Assembly (NCBI GenBank): GCA_051859245.1
Contig: JBHYGA010000005.1
Span: 891,537-955,536 of the forward strand
Length of the DNA: 64,000 nucleotides
Source of the DNA: Gemmatimonadaceae bacterium
GTDB lineage: Bacteria; Gemmatimonadota; Gemmatimonadetes; Gemmatimonadales; Gemmatimonadaceae
Direction of reading: 5' to 3'
This document shows positions 30,501 through 40,362 of this stretch, piece after piece. Numbering within the stretch: the stretch's first letter is position 1; each line of letters begins with the position of its first letter. A program made the translations under genes and the position numbers. The notes beneath the pieces were generated by a model that was not told where the DNA came from, did not search any database, and saw only the letters and a list, made by a program, of their open reading frames with translations.

Positions 30501-31960
30501 CCGACACTTCGTTGCTCTCGCGTTCGGCTGCGGATGTTGCCGCGGATATCGCGTCTGGTCGATTGACCCGTGACGCCGCACTTGATGCATCGCTTGCGGC
30601 CATGGCGGCTGCGCATGCGGGACCGGGCGGCCTCAACGCCGTGTTGTGGACGGACGAAGACGGTGCGCGTGCGGATGTCGCCGCGATGGACATCGACACT
30701 CACGCGCTCCCGTTAGCGGGCATTCCCGTCGCGATCAAGGACAACATCGCCACGCGCACCATGCCCACAACGTGCGGCTCGAAGATCCTCGAAGGTTATG
30801 TGAGCCCGTTTGAAGCCACAGTCATCGCCAAGCTCCGCGCGGCCGGCGCCGTACTGCCCATGAAGACCAACATGGACGAGTTCGCGATGGGATCCAGCAC
30901 GGAAAACAGTGCCTGGGGCAGTACCAGACATCCCATGGATCACACGCGTGTGCCGGGTGGATCGAGCGGTGGTTCGGCGGCAGTTGTTGCGGCTGGTGTC
31001 ACGCGCATTGCGCTGGGCTCCGAGACCGGCGGCTCCGTGCGTCAACCCGCGGCCTTCTGTGGCATCGTGGGTGTGAAGCCCACGTACGGCCGCGTTTCAC
31101 GGCACGGGCTCGTGGCGTTTGCGTCAAGCCTCGATCAGGTGGGCGTGTTCGGTCAAACCGTCGACGACGCCGCGCTCGCCTTGCAGGTTATTGCTGGCGC
31201 CGATCCGCTCGACAGCACAACCGTCGCCGTACCGGTGCCGGACTACCGGCTGTCGCGCGACCGTACTGGAGAGAAGCCGCTCGACGGGGTGGTCGTGGGT
31301 TTGCCCACAGAATACTGGCCCGAGTCGCTCGATCCGCGCATGCGCGCATTGCTCGATCGCTCGGTGCAGCGCCTGATCTCGCTCGGTGCTGATGTGCGTG
31401 AAGTGTCCCTGCCGCACACATCACTCGCGATCCCCGTGTACTACATCGTGGCGCCCGCCGAAGCGAGTTCCAACCTGGCGCGTTTTGACGGCGTGCGGTA
31501 CGGCTTGCGCGTGGAGGGTGATGGGCTGCGCGGCATGTACGAGGCAACGCGGTCACAGGGGTTTGGCCCCGAAGTGACGCGCCGTATTCTGCTCGGCACG
31601 TACGTGCTTAGCGCCGGCTACTACGATGCGTACTACAAGCGCGCCATGGCCGTCAGAAAGTTGATTGCGGCGGACTTCACCAACGTGTTTGCCAGCGGCG
31701 TGCACGTGCTCTTCACGCCAACGACGCCGACCACAGCGTTTGTGGCTGGCTCGAAGAACGATCCCTACGAGATGTACATGAGCGATATTTTCACGGCCAC
31801 CGCGAACCTCGCCGGTGTGCCCGCCATGTCGCAGCCAATTGGCCGCTTGGATGGATTGCCGGTCGGCGGCCAGCTGCTTGCGTCGCACTTTGACGAAGCC
31901 ACGATGTTCCGTGTGGCGTATGCGCTCGAGCGCGCGCTCGGCGCGGAGGCACACGCATGA
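30497..31960 (+). CDS. gatA: Asp/Glu-tRNA amidotransferase subunit A
   Basis: Amidase signature PGGSSGGSA and GSETGGSVRQPA; RRILLGTYVLSAGYYDAYY. Confidence 0.97.
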   Translation: MTDTSLLSRSAADVAADIASGRLTRDAALDASLAAMAAAHAGPGGLNAVLWTDEDGARADVAAMDIDTHALPLAGIPVAIKDNIATRTMPTTCGSKILEGYVSPFEATVIAKLRAAGAVLPMKTNMDEFAMGSSTENSAWGSTRHPMDHTRVPGGSSGGSAAVVAAGVTRIALGSETGGSVRQPAAFCGIVGVKPTYGRVSRHGLVAFASSLDQVGVFGQTVDDAALALQVIAGADPLDSTTVAVPVPDYRLSRDRTGEKPLDGVVVGLPTEYWPESLDPRMRALLDRSVQRLISLGADVREVSLPHTSLAIPVYYIVAPAEASSNLARFDGVRYGLRVEGDGLRGMYEATRSQGFGPEVTRRILLGTYVLSAGYYDAYYKRAMAVRKLIAADFTNVFASGVHVLFTPTTPTTAFVAGSKNDPYEMYMSDIFTATANLAGVPAMSQPIGRLDGLPVGGQLLASHFDEATMFRVAYALERALGAEAHA

Positions 31961-33411
31961 GCGCGACGAACGTGACTGACGGCTACGAAATGGTGATCGG
32001 CCTCGAAGTGCACTGTCAGCTTAAGACGCGCAGCAAACTGTTCAGTGCGGCGAGCGCACAATTTGGTGATGCGCCGAATGCGAACACCGACGCGGTGTGC
32101 CTTGGTTTACCGGGTGCGCTGCCGGTCTTGAACAAACACGCGATTCTGCTGGCGACGCGCGCGTCGCTGGGCCTCGAATGCACCGTACACGAAGTCTCGG
32201 TGTTCGCACGCAAGCATTACTTCTATCCGGATCTGCCCAAGGGCTACCAGATTTCGCAGTTTGATCGCCCGCTGGCCACGGGTGGCAAGGTGGTGATTGG
32301 TACGCACGCCGATGGATCAGAAAAGTTTATTGGTATTACGCGCGTACACGTCGAAGAAGACGCGGGCAAGTCGGTACACGATCGCTTTCCGGGGTTCTCC
32401 GCCATCGATCTCAATCGCGCCGGCACGCCGCTCATCGAGATCGTGAGTGAGCCGGATATTCGCTCCGCGGCCGACGCTGGTCTGTATCTGCGCGCGCTCA
32501 AGCAGATTATCGAATACACGGATGTGAGTGACGCCAGCATGGAAGAAGGCTCGCTGCGAGTCGACGTGAACATTTCGGCGCGCCCTATCGGTCAGCAAGA
32601 GTTTGGCACGCGCACGGAGATCAAGAATCTCAACTCCTTCAGTGGCGTCGAACGATCCATCGAAATTGAGTTTGCGCGTCACTGCAGCGTGCTGCGCGCC
32701 GGTGGGGTGATTGAACAGCGCACCATGTTGTGGGACGGTCACAAGGGTGAGGTACGTCCCGCGCGCGCCAAGGAAGGCAGTCATGACTATCGCTATTTTC
32801 CTGAGCCCGATTTGCCACCGCTCGTGCTGAGTGCGGAGTGGATTCAGGAACAGCGCGATACACTGCAAGAGCTGCCGGCAGCCAAACGTGCACGCTTCGC
32901 ATCACAGTACGGATTGAGCGCGCACGATGTGGAGCAACTCACCGCAACCGTTGCACTGGCTGACCGGTTCGAAGCAGTGGCGGCGGCGAGTGGCAATGCC
33001 AAACGTGCGGCCAACTGGATGCTGGGTGTGGTACTCGCGGCGGTGAAGGTGCAGGGTGGCGATGTCACGTCGCATCCGGTGAGCGTGGCGCGACTTGGCG
33101 CGCTCATCAAGCTTGAAGAGTCCGGCGCGGTCTCGAACACGGCGGCCAAGCAGATTTTTGCGCTGCTCGAAAACGAAGACGCGGAGCCGAGTGCGATCGC
33201 CGAGCGAGAGGGACTGCTGCAAGTCAGTGACGACAGCGCGCTGGTGGCGTGGATTGACGAAGTGCTGGCGGAAATGCCGGAGGAAGCAGCGCGTTTTCTG
33301 GGCGGGGAAAAGAAGTTGCAGGGCGTGCTGGTTGGTGCGGTGATGAAAAAATCGAAGGGTAGTGCTGATCCGAAAAAGGTGAACCAGTTGTTGGGCAAGC
33401 GCGCGGGGTAG
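31957..33411 (+). CDS. gatB: Asp/Glu-tRNA amidotransferase subunit B
   Basis: IGLEVH, YFYPDLPKGYQISQ, EEDAGK and DYRYFPEPDL. Confidence 0.98.
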   Translation: MSATNVTDGYEMVIGLEVHCQLKTRSKLFSAASAQFGDAPNANTDAVCLGLPGALPVLNKHAILLATRASLGLECTVHEVSVFARKHYFYPDLPKGYQISQFDRPLATGGKVVIGTHADGSEKFIGITRVHVEEDAGKSVHDRFPGFSAIDLNRAGTPLIEIVSEPDIRSAADAGLYLRALKQIIEYTDVSDASMEEGSLRVDVNISARPIGQQEFGTRTEIKNLNSFSGVERSIEIEFARHCSVLRAGGVIEQRTMLWDGHKGEVRPARAKEGSHDYRYFPEPDLPPLVLSAEWIQEQRDTLQELPAAKRARFASQYGLSAHDVEQLTATVALADRFEAVAAASGNAKRAANWMLGVVLAAVKVQGGDVTSHPVSVARLGALIKLEESGAVSNTAAKQIFALLENEDAEPSAIAEREGLLQVSDDSALVAWIDEVLAEMPEEAARFLGGEKKLQGVLVGAVMKKSKGSADPKKVNQLLGKRAG

Positions 33412-33423
33412 GCGGGTTTCTGA

Positions 33424-36400
33424 ATGACCAACTCGAATAGCACCCCAAGCAGCCCACGAGGCAGCCCGCTCAAGCCGTGGCACCCCACGCAGATCGGGCG
33501 CTATCGCATTGTCAGCCTGCTTGGTGAAGGGGGCATGGGCTCCGTGTACGAAGCGGAGCAAGACCAGCCGCGCCGCATGGTGGCCCTGAAGGTGGTGCGC
33601 GAAGATTTTGTCACGCCCGAACTCCTGCGCCGCTTCGCGCTGGAGTCGCAGGTGCTTGGTCGACTGCAGCATCCGGGTATCGCGCAAATCTTTGACGCGG
33701 GCACGTTCGAAGAAGAACATGCAACGCTGCCGTACTTTGCGATGGAGCTGGTGAAGGGCCAGCCGCTCAACGAGCACGCCACCGAAAAATCACTCGATCT
33801 GCGGCAACGGCTGGAACTGTTCTCGCGCGTCTGCGACGCCGTGCAGTACGCGCATCAACAGGGCGTGATTCATCGCGACCTCAAGCCCGCCAATATTCTG
33901 GTGGACGACAACGGTCTGCCCAAAGTGCTCGACTTTGGTGTCGCGCGTCTCACGGATGCGGATGTGCAGGCCACGCGGCAAACGAGCGTGGGCGAAGTGA
34001 TCGGTACGCTGCAGTACATGAGTCCTGAGCAGGCCAACGGGGACGCCGCAGCGGTTGATCGACGCACCGACGTGTACTCACTGGGCGTTATGCTCTATGA
34101 GTTGATGACCGGTCGGCTGCCGTACGATCTGTCGCGCAAGATGATCCATGAAGCAGCGCGCATCATTGTGCAGGAAGAACCAGAGCGACTGAGCTCGGTC
34201 AACCGGCAGTTACGCGGCGACGTGGAAGTGATCGTTGCGAAGGCGCTCGAGAAAGAGAAGGGCCGTCGCTACGAATCGGCGGATGCCATGGCGAGCGATG
34301 TACGTCGCTATCTGAACGACGAGCCCATCACGGCGCGACCCGCGAGCGCAATGTATCAGCTGCGCAAGTTTGCACGCCGGAACCGTGCGCTGGTCACCGG
34401 GCTTGGAGTGGCCGCCGCCGTGCTTGTTGTTGGCACGGTGGTCAGCGTGTATCAGGCCGTTCGCGCAACCGCGGCCGAACGCCTGGCGGAAACACGACTT
34501 GAAGAAGCCGTCAGTCTCCGCGCGCTTGCCGACCGCAGACGCGCCGAGGCAGATTCTGCACTCTTGGTGGTGGATTCTGCGCGACAGATCGCTGACTCCG
34601 CGCGAATCGCCGCAGATTCCGCACGCCAGGCCGCGCTGGATGAACAGGCGTTGGCGATCGCGAGTGCACGGCGCGCCACGGATGAAGCGGCCAAGGCGAC
34701 GGCGGTCAACACGTTCCTGCAGGACATGCTCGCGTCTTCGGATCCGTCGAATGCGCTCGGCAAGGATCTCAGCGTGCGTGAAGTGCTCGACCGCGCAGCG
34801 TCGCGCGTCAATACGGGCGATCTCTCGCGTCAGCCAGAGGTACGCGCTGGAATTGAAAATACGATCGGGCGCACGTACTACGCGCTTGGCCTGTACAACG
34901 AATCGCAGACGCACCTGGACTCAGCGTACGCGATTCGCCGTCGTGTGCTCGGGCCTGCGAACGCGACGCTTGGTAGCACGGCGGCGGACGTTGCGCTGGT
35001 GCAGCAGGCCAAGGGCGACTACGCGTCTGCTGACCGTACGATCACCGACGCCTTGGCCGTGATGCGGCGCACGCTGCCGGCCGACGATGATCAGATCACG
35101 GCGGCGCTGTCCACGCTCGCCGATATTCGCTACAAACAGGCGAAGAACGTGGAGGCCGAGCAGCTGTACCGTGAGGCGCTGCGTCTCGCGCGACTGCGTT
35201 ACGGGAACACGGGACCGGTTGTGGCAACGCGCCTTTCCGCGCTGGGCAACTTCCTCACGTACACGGAGCGTCTCGCAGAAGGCGAAAGGGTGCTTCGTGA
35301 AGCGCTCTCCATGCGACAGGCCCTGCTTGGCGCCACGCATCCTGACGTATTGCCCGTGATGGTGTCGCTGGCAGACGCGTTGCGGAACCAGCGTCGTTTT
35401 CCGCAGTCTGAAGCCATGATGCGCGACGCGTTGCCAATCGCGCGGGCGCTCTACGGTAACTCGCATCCCACCACGGCCAACGTGGAAAGTCGCTTGGGCA
35501 CTGCGCTCGCGGACCAGGGCAAGAACGAGCAGGCCGAGCCGTTATTGCGCAGCGCGCTCAACACGCGAATACAGCGTCTGGGAGAACGCCATCCCGATGT
35601 GCAGCTCTCGCGCACCGAGATTGCGCGCTTGGTGCAGTTCATGGGGCGATTCGACGAAGCAGATACGCTATTCACCGCGGCGTTGCGTGCGCGCCGAGCG
35701 GAGCTTGGCGCAAACAGCCCCGCGGTGGCGTCGTCACTCAACGATCTCGGCTATCTCTCGAAGTTGCAGTCGCGTTGGGTCGACGCGGAGCAACGCTATC
35801 GCGAGGCGCTGCCAATCTGGAAGGCGGCTGACATTTTCGACATGGCCAATGACGCGCAGGCGGAGATCGGCTGGGCGCTACTCAAGCAAGAGCGGCTCGA
35901 CGAGGCCGAGTCAATCTTGAACGAGGTGTTGACGCAACGTCGCGCGCGCTATGGTGACAAGAGTTTTCAGGTCGGCGACGCGTATGAAAAACTGGCGCCG
36001 ATATTTCTGGCGAGAAAGGATTTCGCGAAGGTTGAGTCGCTCACGCTGTCCGGTCTTGAGATTCGACGCGCCGTCTACGGGCCACGTTCGTTCCAGGTGG
36101 CTGGTCCGCTACAGAACGTCGCGTTTCTTCGCGAGGCACAGAACGATACGGCCGGCGCGGTGAGTGCGCTGCGTGAATCGCTTGATATTTTCTCGAGTCT
36201 TCGCCCCGCGACTGATCTGAACGTCGTTTCGGTGCAACGCTGGCTGTCGACGGACTTGTGCACCGTTGGTGCCGCGGCTGAGGGCGATTCGCTCGCGCAG
36301 GTGGCCTTGTCACACGTTGCCAAAGATGCGGCGTCGAACGTGCCATTCCGATTGCAGGGCGTGCGCGGCTACTGCCTGACCAAACAACGCAAGTTCGTGG

Positions 36401-36555
36401 AGGCAGAACCACTCTTGCTGGCGGCTGAGCGAGGGTTACGGGAGCTGCCGACCGCGTTGCCACCCATGCGCGCCGAGGTCGCGCGATGGCTGGCAACGCT
36501 GTACGACATGTGGGGGAAGCCTGACGAAGCAGCGCGCTGGCGAACGCCGCGCTAG
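33424..36555 (+). CDS. Hanks-type Ser/Thr protein kinase with a TM helix and C-terminal TPR array
   Basis: GEGGMG, VALK, HRDLKPAN, DFG and YMSPE; one TM helix; kinesin-light-chain-like TPRs (LGxxHP). Confidence 0.95.
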   Translation: MTNSNSTPSSPRGSPLKPWHPTQIGRYRIVSLLGEGGMGSVYEAEQDQPRRMVALKVVREDFVTPELLRRFALESQVLGRLQHPGIAQIFDAGTFEEEHATLPYFAMELVKGQPLNEHATEKSLDLRQRLELFSRVCDAVQYAHQQGVIHRDLKPANILVDDNGLPKVLDFGVARLTDADVQATRQTSVGEVIGTLQYMSPEQANGDAAAVDRRTDVYSLGVMLYELMTGRLPYDLSRKMIHEAARIIVQEEPERLSSVNRQLRGDVEVIVAKALEKEKGRRYESADAMASDVRRYLNDEPITARPASAMYQLRKFARRNRALVTGLGVAAAVLVVGTVVSVYQAVRATAAERLAETRLEEAVSLRALADRRRAEADSALLVVDSARQIADSARIAADSARQAALDEQALAIASARRATDEAAKATAVNTFLQDMLASSDPSNALGKDLSVREVLDRAASRVNTGDLSRQPEVRAGIENTIGRTYYALGLYNESQTHLDSAYAIRRRVLGPANATLGSTAADVALVQQAKGDYASADRTITDALAVMRRTLPADDDQITAALSTLADIRYKQAKNVEAEQLYREALRLARLRYGNTGPVVATRLSALGNFLTYTERLAEGERVLREALSMRQALLGATHPDVLPVMVSLADALRNQRRFPQSEAMMRDALPIARALYGNSHPTTANVESRLGTALADQGKNEQAEPLLRSALNTRIQRLGERHPDVQLSRTEIARLVQFMGRFDEADTLFTAALRARRAELGANSPAVASSLNDLGYLSKLQSRWVDAEQRYREALPIWKAADIFDMANDAQAEIGWALLKQERLDEAESILNEVLTQRRARYGDKSFQVGDAYEKLAPIFLARKDFAKVESLTLSGLEIRRAVYGPRSFQVAGPLQNVAFLREAQNDTAGAVSALRESLDIFSSLRPATDLNVVSVQRWLSTDLCTVGAAAEGDSLAQVALSHVAKDAASNVPFRLQGVRGYCLTKQRKFVEAEPLLLAAERGLRELPTALPPMRAEVARWLATLYDMWGKPDEAARWRTPR

Positions 36556-36592
36556 TTACGCGCGAGCGAACGCCACGCTAGTCACGCGCGAG
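36541..36592. repeat. 26-bp tandem duplication (2 copies, 2 mismatches) spanning the kinase stop codon
   Basis: CGAACGCCGCGCTAGTTACGCGCGAG followed by CGAACGCCACGCTAGTCACGCGCGAG. Confidence 0.9.
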
Positions 36593-36599
36593 CGATGCG

Positions 36600-36758
36600 T
36601 CAGAGCGTGCGGATCGGTGTGTTGTCAAATCGATCAACGCGTTCTGGCGTGTAGACGGGATCGCGGTGCGATCGGATGTCGCCGCCACGATTCGACATCC
36701 ACATCGCCGCGAGCAGCACGGTACCGACGAGCGAAACTCCAGCGCCAATGAGAATCAT
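36600..36758 (-). CDS. Small single-TM hypothetical protein (52 aa)
   Basis: AGGAG 6 nt before the ATG; hydrophobic N-terminal 20 aa and a polar tail. Confidence 0.6.
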   Translation of the reverse strand: MILIGAGVSLVGTVLLAAMWMSNRGGDIRSHRDPVYTPERVDRFDNTPIRTL

Positions 36759-36994
36759 GAAGATCTCCTGTCGTGAGTGTCCCTCACGCAATCGTCGACC
36801 ACGGTGTCAACCTGTTGCGGTCAGGACCAGACCTCGTTCGAGTGTATCGCGCGGCGCGGTCCGTTTTGTATTGTCCGAAACGCATACGTCCGGCGAGGGA
36901 AACCTTGACCTCTCCACAGGGCGCCGGTCACCGTATTCCTTTCGAGTCAAACGCGGAAGGAAACTCCGAGGTTACTCCCTGCGTACTCGCTGAC

Positions 36995-37462
36995 ATGGCT
37001 ACACCCACGGACCCCCTCGACGCCAACGTTTCCCACCGCGAATCCGACGCGTCGTGGGTTAACGCACCATTACCGTCCGCACACGCGCTTGCCACTCATC
37101 GTGATGCGACGTTGCCCGCATCGCGCAACGCCGACTGGCGGGCGGATCTCCCGGCTGCGCGCGCGTTCGTCTCCGGCACAATCGGCGTGGGCGCATTCGC
37201 ATCTGGCCTGCTTGAGTACATGGGCGGACAAATCGTGCGGCGCGCGGCGGCGAACAACGAAGTCTTCCCACTCAGCGAGTGGGCCATTGGTTTGGTGCGG
37301 AATTTTGCCGGCGCCGTTGGTGTTGGACTCGCGGTCGCGCTACTCGCACTCGTTCTCACACGATTCAAGAAGCGCCCGCCACGTGTGGCCTCGGCCGGCT
37401 TCGCGTTTGGCGTAGGCGGGTTTCTCATGTTCCTGTTCTTTCTGGTTTCGATGGCACCCTAG
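36995..37462 (+). CDS. Hypothetical membrane protein (about 3 TM)
   Basis: Three hydrophobic segments; fills the gap between neighbours. Start uncertain. Confidence 0.55.
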   Translation: MATPTDPLDANVSHRESDASWVNAPLPSAHALATHRDATLPASRNADWRADLPAARAFVSGTIGVGAFASGLLEYMGGQIVRRAAANNEVFPLSEWAIGLVRNFAGAVGVGLAVALLALVLTRFKKRPPRVASAGFAFGVGGFLMFLFFLVSMAP

Positions 37463-37507
37463 CGCCACCGCGCCGCATCGCCGCATCGCCATTGCGTAAA
37501 TGGCCGA

Positions 37508-38059
37508 TCACAACGCGTCCATGTCACTCCCGCCACCGAGAAACGTTGGCCGCGCAAGTCCGTCGGTATCGTCGTAGAAGCGCACACTCTCAGGCGTGAG
37601 CCACTTGGCAATCAGAATGAGTTGCCCAGTATGGCCCGAAAAATGTTCAACCACATGATAGACGGCGGCAAACACGGTCGTCTCACGCCCTTGTATGCGG
37701 CGTGATGCAATGAGTGCATCGTGGTCCAGCGACTCCAGTACGCGCACCGCATCGGCGCAGGCCGTATCGAGTTGGTCGAGTAACTGCGCACGAGTCAGTC
37801 CGCCGGCGTCGTTCGCCGAAAACTCGGCGTCACGATGTCGAACGTCGCTCGCGCCGCCAACACCGCTTACGATCCACTGGCGCACATTACCGGCCAGGTG
37901 CAGCAACAAATTGCCCGCACTGTTTGCGCTGTCGTTAGGGCGCCACCAGATGCGCTCCTCCGGAATGGTGAGCACAGCGGCGCGAATCTTGGCGGGGTAT
38001 TCCACGCCGAGGTAGTAACGGGAGCGACTGACAAATGACGACGCGAGATCGTTTGGCAT
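37508..38059 (-). CDS. DinB superfamily protein (DUF1572-like)
   Basis: IWWRPN..NSAGNLLLHLAGNVRQW, RDAEF and YHVVEHFSGHTGQ (His triad). Confidence 0.85.
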   Translation of the reverse strand: MPNDLASSFVSRSRYYLGVEYPAKIRAAVLTIPEERIWWRPNDSANSAGNLLLHLAGNVRQWIVSGVGGASDVRHRDAEFSANDAGGLTRAQLLDQLDTACADAVRVLESLDHDALIASRRIQGRETTVFAAVYHVVEHFSGHTGQLILIAKWLTPESVRFYDDTDGLARPTFLGGGSDMDAL

Positions 38060-38194
38060 GTGTACCTGCGGGGTGAGTGTCGATCGGCTGTGGAGCGTGA
38101 GGCGCACGTCTGCGTTGAATTATATTCCGGTATACCCGGGCGGGAGGTACGCTCTGCCGGCTCGCGCTTCCACATCGAATTTGATCCGTTACCT

Positions 38195-38866
38195 GTGACT
38201 GCTTCGGTCCGCGCTGTTGTGTTTGACATGGACGGTTTGTTGCTCGACACCGAACGCCTCTCCCGCAAAGCCTGGTTTTCGGGCGGAGCAGATCTTGGCG
38301 TGGAGCTTCCAATGGAAGCGCTGAACGGCATCATCGGCCGCCGACGTCCGGAAGTGGAGGCCGAGTTCCGGCGCGTGCTCGGCCCGGACTTTCCTGTGGA
38401 CGCGCTGTATGCGCGACACGCCGAACACTACTACGCATCTCTTGCCGCGACATCGGCGGATCAGCTGCGCAAGCCGGGCGTACTCGCGTTACTCGACTGG
38501 CTTGATGAACGCCACGTACCATACGCGATTGCAACGTCCACGCTCGCCAAGGGTGCGGCCTCAAAGCTCGTGCTGGCGGAACTGGCGGAGCGGTTCCCGA
38601 TCGTGGTGAGTGGCGATCAGGTGGCACGATCAAAACCCGCCCCCGACATTTTTCTTGAAGCTGCCGCACGACTCGACGTAGCGGCGCAGCACTGCGTGGC
38701 CTTTGAAGACAGCGACCTCGGTCTTGAAGCGGCGCTCGCTGCGGGTATGCGTGCCATCTCCGTGCCAGACTTGAAGCCGCTGCCCACACATGTCACCGAT
38801 CGCGCCGCGGCCGTGCTGACATCACTTGATGAGGCGATTCCATTGTTGACCCGTTGGATGTCATGA
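38195..38866 (+). CDS. HAD family phosphatase
   Basis: FDMDGLLLDTE, ATS, KPAPDIF and FEDS..G motifs. Confidence 0.92.
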   Translation: MTASVRAVVFDMDGLLLDTERLSRKAWFSGGADLGVELPMEALNGIIGRRRPEVEAEFRRVLGPDFPVDALYARHAEHYYASLAATSADQLRKPGVLALLDWLDERHVPYAIATSTLAKGAASKLVLAELAERFPIVVSGDQVARSKPAPDIFLEAAARLDVAAQHCVAFEDSDLGLEAALAAGMRAISVPDLKPLPTHVTDRAAAVLTSLDEAIPLLTRWMS

Positions 38867-39339
38867 ATACCGTCACGAACATGTTCCCCTATGGTTGGAC
38901 GCACTACCTGATCGGTGGATTGTGCATCGGGCTGGGTGTGTCGCTGCTCTTTGCGCTCACCGGTCTGATTGGTGGCATGAGCTCCGTGTACACCACCACG
39001 TGGAGCTATGTCACGCGGCACGCTTTTTTTCAGCAAATCAAACTGGTGTCGACGCGCGAGTGGCGACTCGCCTACGCTGGTGGATTGATCGTGGGCGCCG
39101 CGGCGTGGTGGGTGTTCTTTGGCAGTGGTGAACGCGTGAATGTACCGCTGCATCCGGTGCAGCTCTTCGCCGGTGGGCTGCTGGTGGGTTACGGTGCGCG
39201 TCGTTCGCGCGGATGTACGTCAGGCCACGGTATTTGCGGACTTGCGTCGCTGCAGAAACCTTCGCTGGCGGCGGTGCTCACATTCATGACCACCGCGTTT
39301 GTGGCGGCGAACGTTGTTGCGCGAATCGGGGGACGGTGA
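38863..39339 (+). CDS. YeeE/YedE family sulfur-compound transporter, first half
   Basis: GGLCIG, GLIGGMS and GCTSGHGICG. Confidence 0.88.
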   Translation: MNTVTNMFPYGWTHYLIGGLCIGLGVSLLFALTGLIGGMSSVYTTTWSYVTRHAFFQQIKLVSTREWRLAYAGGLIVGAAAWWVFFGSGERVNVPLHPVQLFAGGLLVGYGARRSRGCTSGHGICGLASLQKPSLAAVLTFMTTAFVAANVVARIGGR

Positions 39340-39342
39340 ACA

Positions 39343-39828
39343 ATGACACCAACATCGAACCTGCTCGGCGATTTGAGTGGAGATACCACGACGATTCCCG
39401 TTCCGCACGTTCGCTCCGGAAAACAGTTGCTTTCCGCGCTCAGTGCGGGCGTGTTGTTCGGGTTTGGGCTGGCACTTTCCACAATGATTCAGCCTGGCGT
39501 CGTGCTGGCATTCTTGCGCGGCCAGGATCTTGGACTGATGCTCGTGCTTGGCGGTGCGGTCTTCGTCACGTTTCTTGGCTACCGAATCATCCCTCGCCTG
39601 TTCAGCAGGCCGATTATCGGTGGCACCTTCTCACGTCACACAGCGGTAATGGATCGCGATACAATCGGTGGCGCTGCGATTTTTGGCATTGGTTGGGGTA
39701 TCAGCGGCGTGTGCCCGGGCCCGGCGATTGCCGGACTCGGGGCTGGTTCATGGGAGCTCGGTTATGCGATCGCAGGCATCGCATTGGGCGCACTCGTGCA
39801 GGGGCTCACAGCGCGGCTTAGCGCTTAG
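39343..39828 (+). CDS. YeeE/YedE family sulfur-compound transporter, second half
   Basis: GVLFGFGLALSTM and FGIGWGISGVCPGP. Confidence 0.88.
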   Translation: MTPTSNLLGDLSGDTTTIPVPHVRSGKQLLSALSAGVLFGFGLALSTMIQPGVVLAFLRGQDLGLMLVLGGAVFVTFLGYRIIPRLFSRPIIGGTFSRHTAVMDRDTIGGAAIFGIGWGISGVCPGPAIAGLGAGSWELGYAIAGIALGALVQGLTARLSA

Positions 39829-39846
39829 CGCCTCGCGCCTCTCGCT

Positions 39847-39906
39847 TCGCGCCTATCCTCGCGCCTATCCTCGCGCCTATCCTCGCGCCTCGCCTCGCGC
39901 CTCGCC
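39847..39906. repeat. 12-bp tandem repeat, 5 copies
   Basis: TCGCGCCTATCC x3 then TCGCGCCTCGCC x2; a partial copy begins at 39833. Confidence 0.9.
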
Positions 39907-39948
39907 CGCAGCGCCCAACGCGTTGTCTGTCCGTGGCGGTGTGACGCA

Positions 39949-40362
39949 TCACGCGGCCACCGCGTTGGCGCCCTGCATGGCGTTCGCCAGCGCACTATAC
40001 GACAGCGTCCACGCGTCGCGCGCGGCGGGCGTAAATGCCGGGCCGAGTCCATGTTCGAGCGTCCAGAGTAACGCTTGCGCCACCGTTGTGTAGTGCTCCG
40101 ACCGTACGCCGTAGCCGTTGTGCCGCTTGCCAAGCGCTTGCACCGCCGGAATGAGCACATCGGGCATCTCAAGCTGCGCCACGGCCACATCGAGCATCTG
40201 CATGAGCTTCGCGCCTTGCGTGTCCATATCGCTGTGTGCAAACAGCGCTCGCAGAGATGGATCAAGTTCGAAAAGGCGCTGATAGAACAGCGCGGGTGAT
40301 GAGTCCCCACGACCGACATACGAAACTTGCCTGCAACCTCGGACATGCTTCCTGAATCTCAC
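39949..40362 (-). CDS. Single-domain globin (flavohemoglobin-like globin domain); N-terminus atypical, possibly a pseudogene
   Basis: ALFYQRLFELDPSLRALF, Q(E7)GAKL, LGKRH(F8)..YGV..EHY and AW..Y. No recognisable A-helix or clear start. Confidence 0.75.
   Translation of the reverse strand: MRFRKHVRGCRQVSYVGRGDSSPALFYQRLFELDPSLRALFAHSDMDTQGAKLMQMLDVAVAQLEMPDVLIPAVQALGKRHNGYGVRSEHYTTVAQALLWTLEHGLGPAFTPAARDAWTLSYSALANAMQGANAVAA

Noticed and set aside
36541..36592. 26-bp repeat as a CRISPR array or att site
   Set aside because: Only two adjacent copies with no spacer, and no cas or integrase gene in the window.
39825..40346. 173-aa minus-strand ORF ending in REDR repeats
   Set aside because: It is an alternative frame over the globin, and the repeats are the translated 12-bp tandem array. 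Only its start codon matters, as noted in the globin finding.
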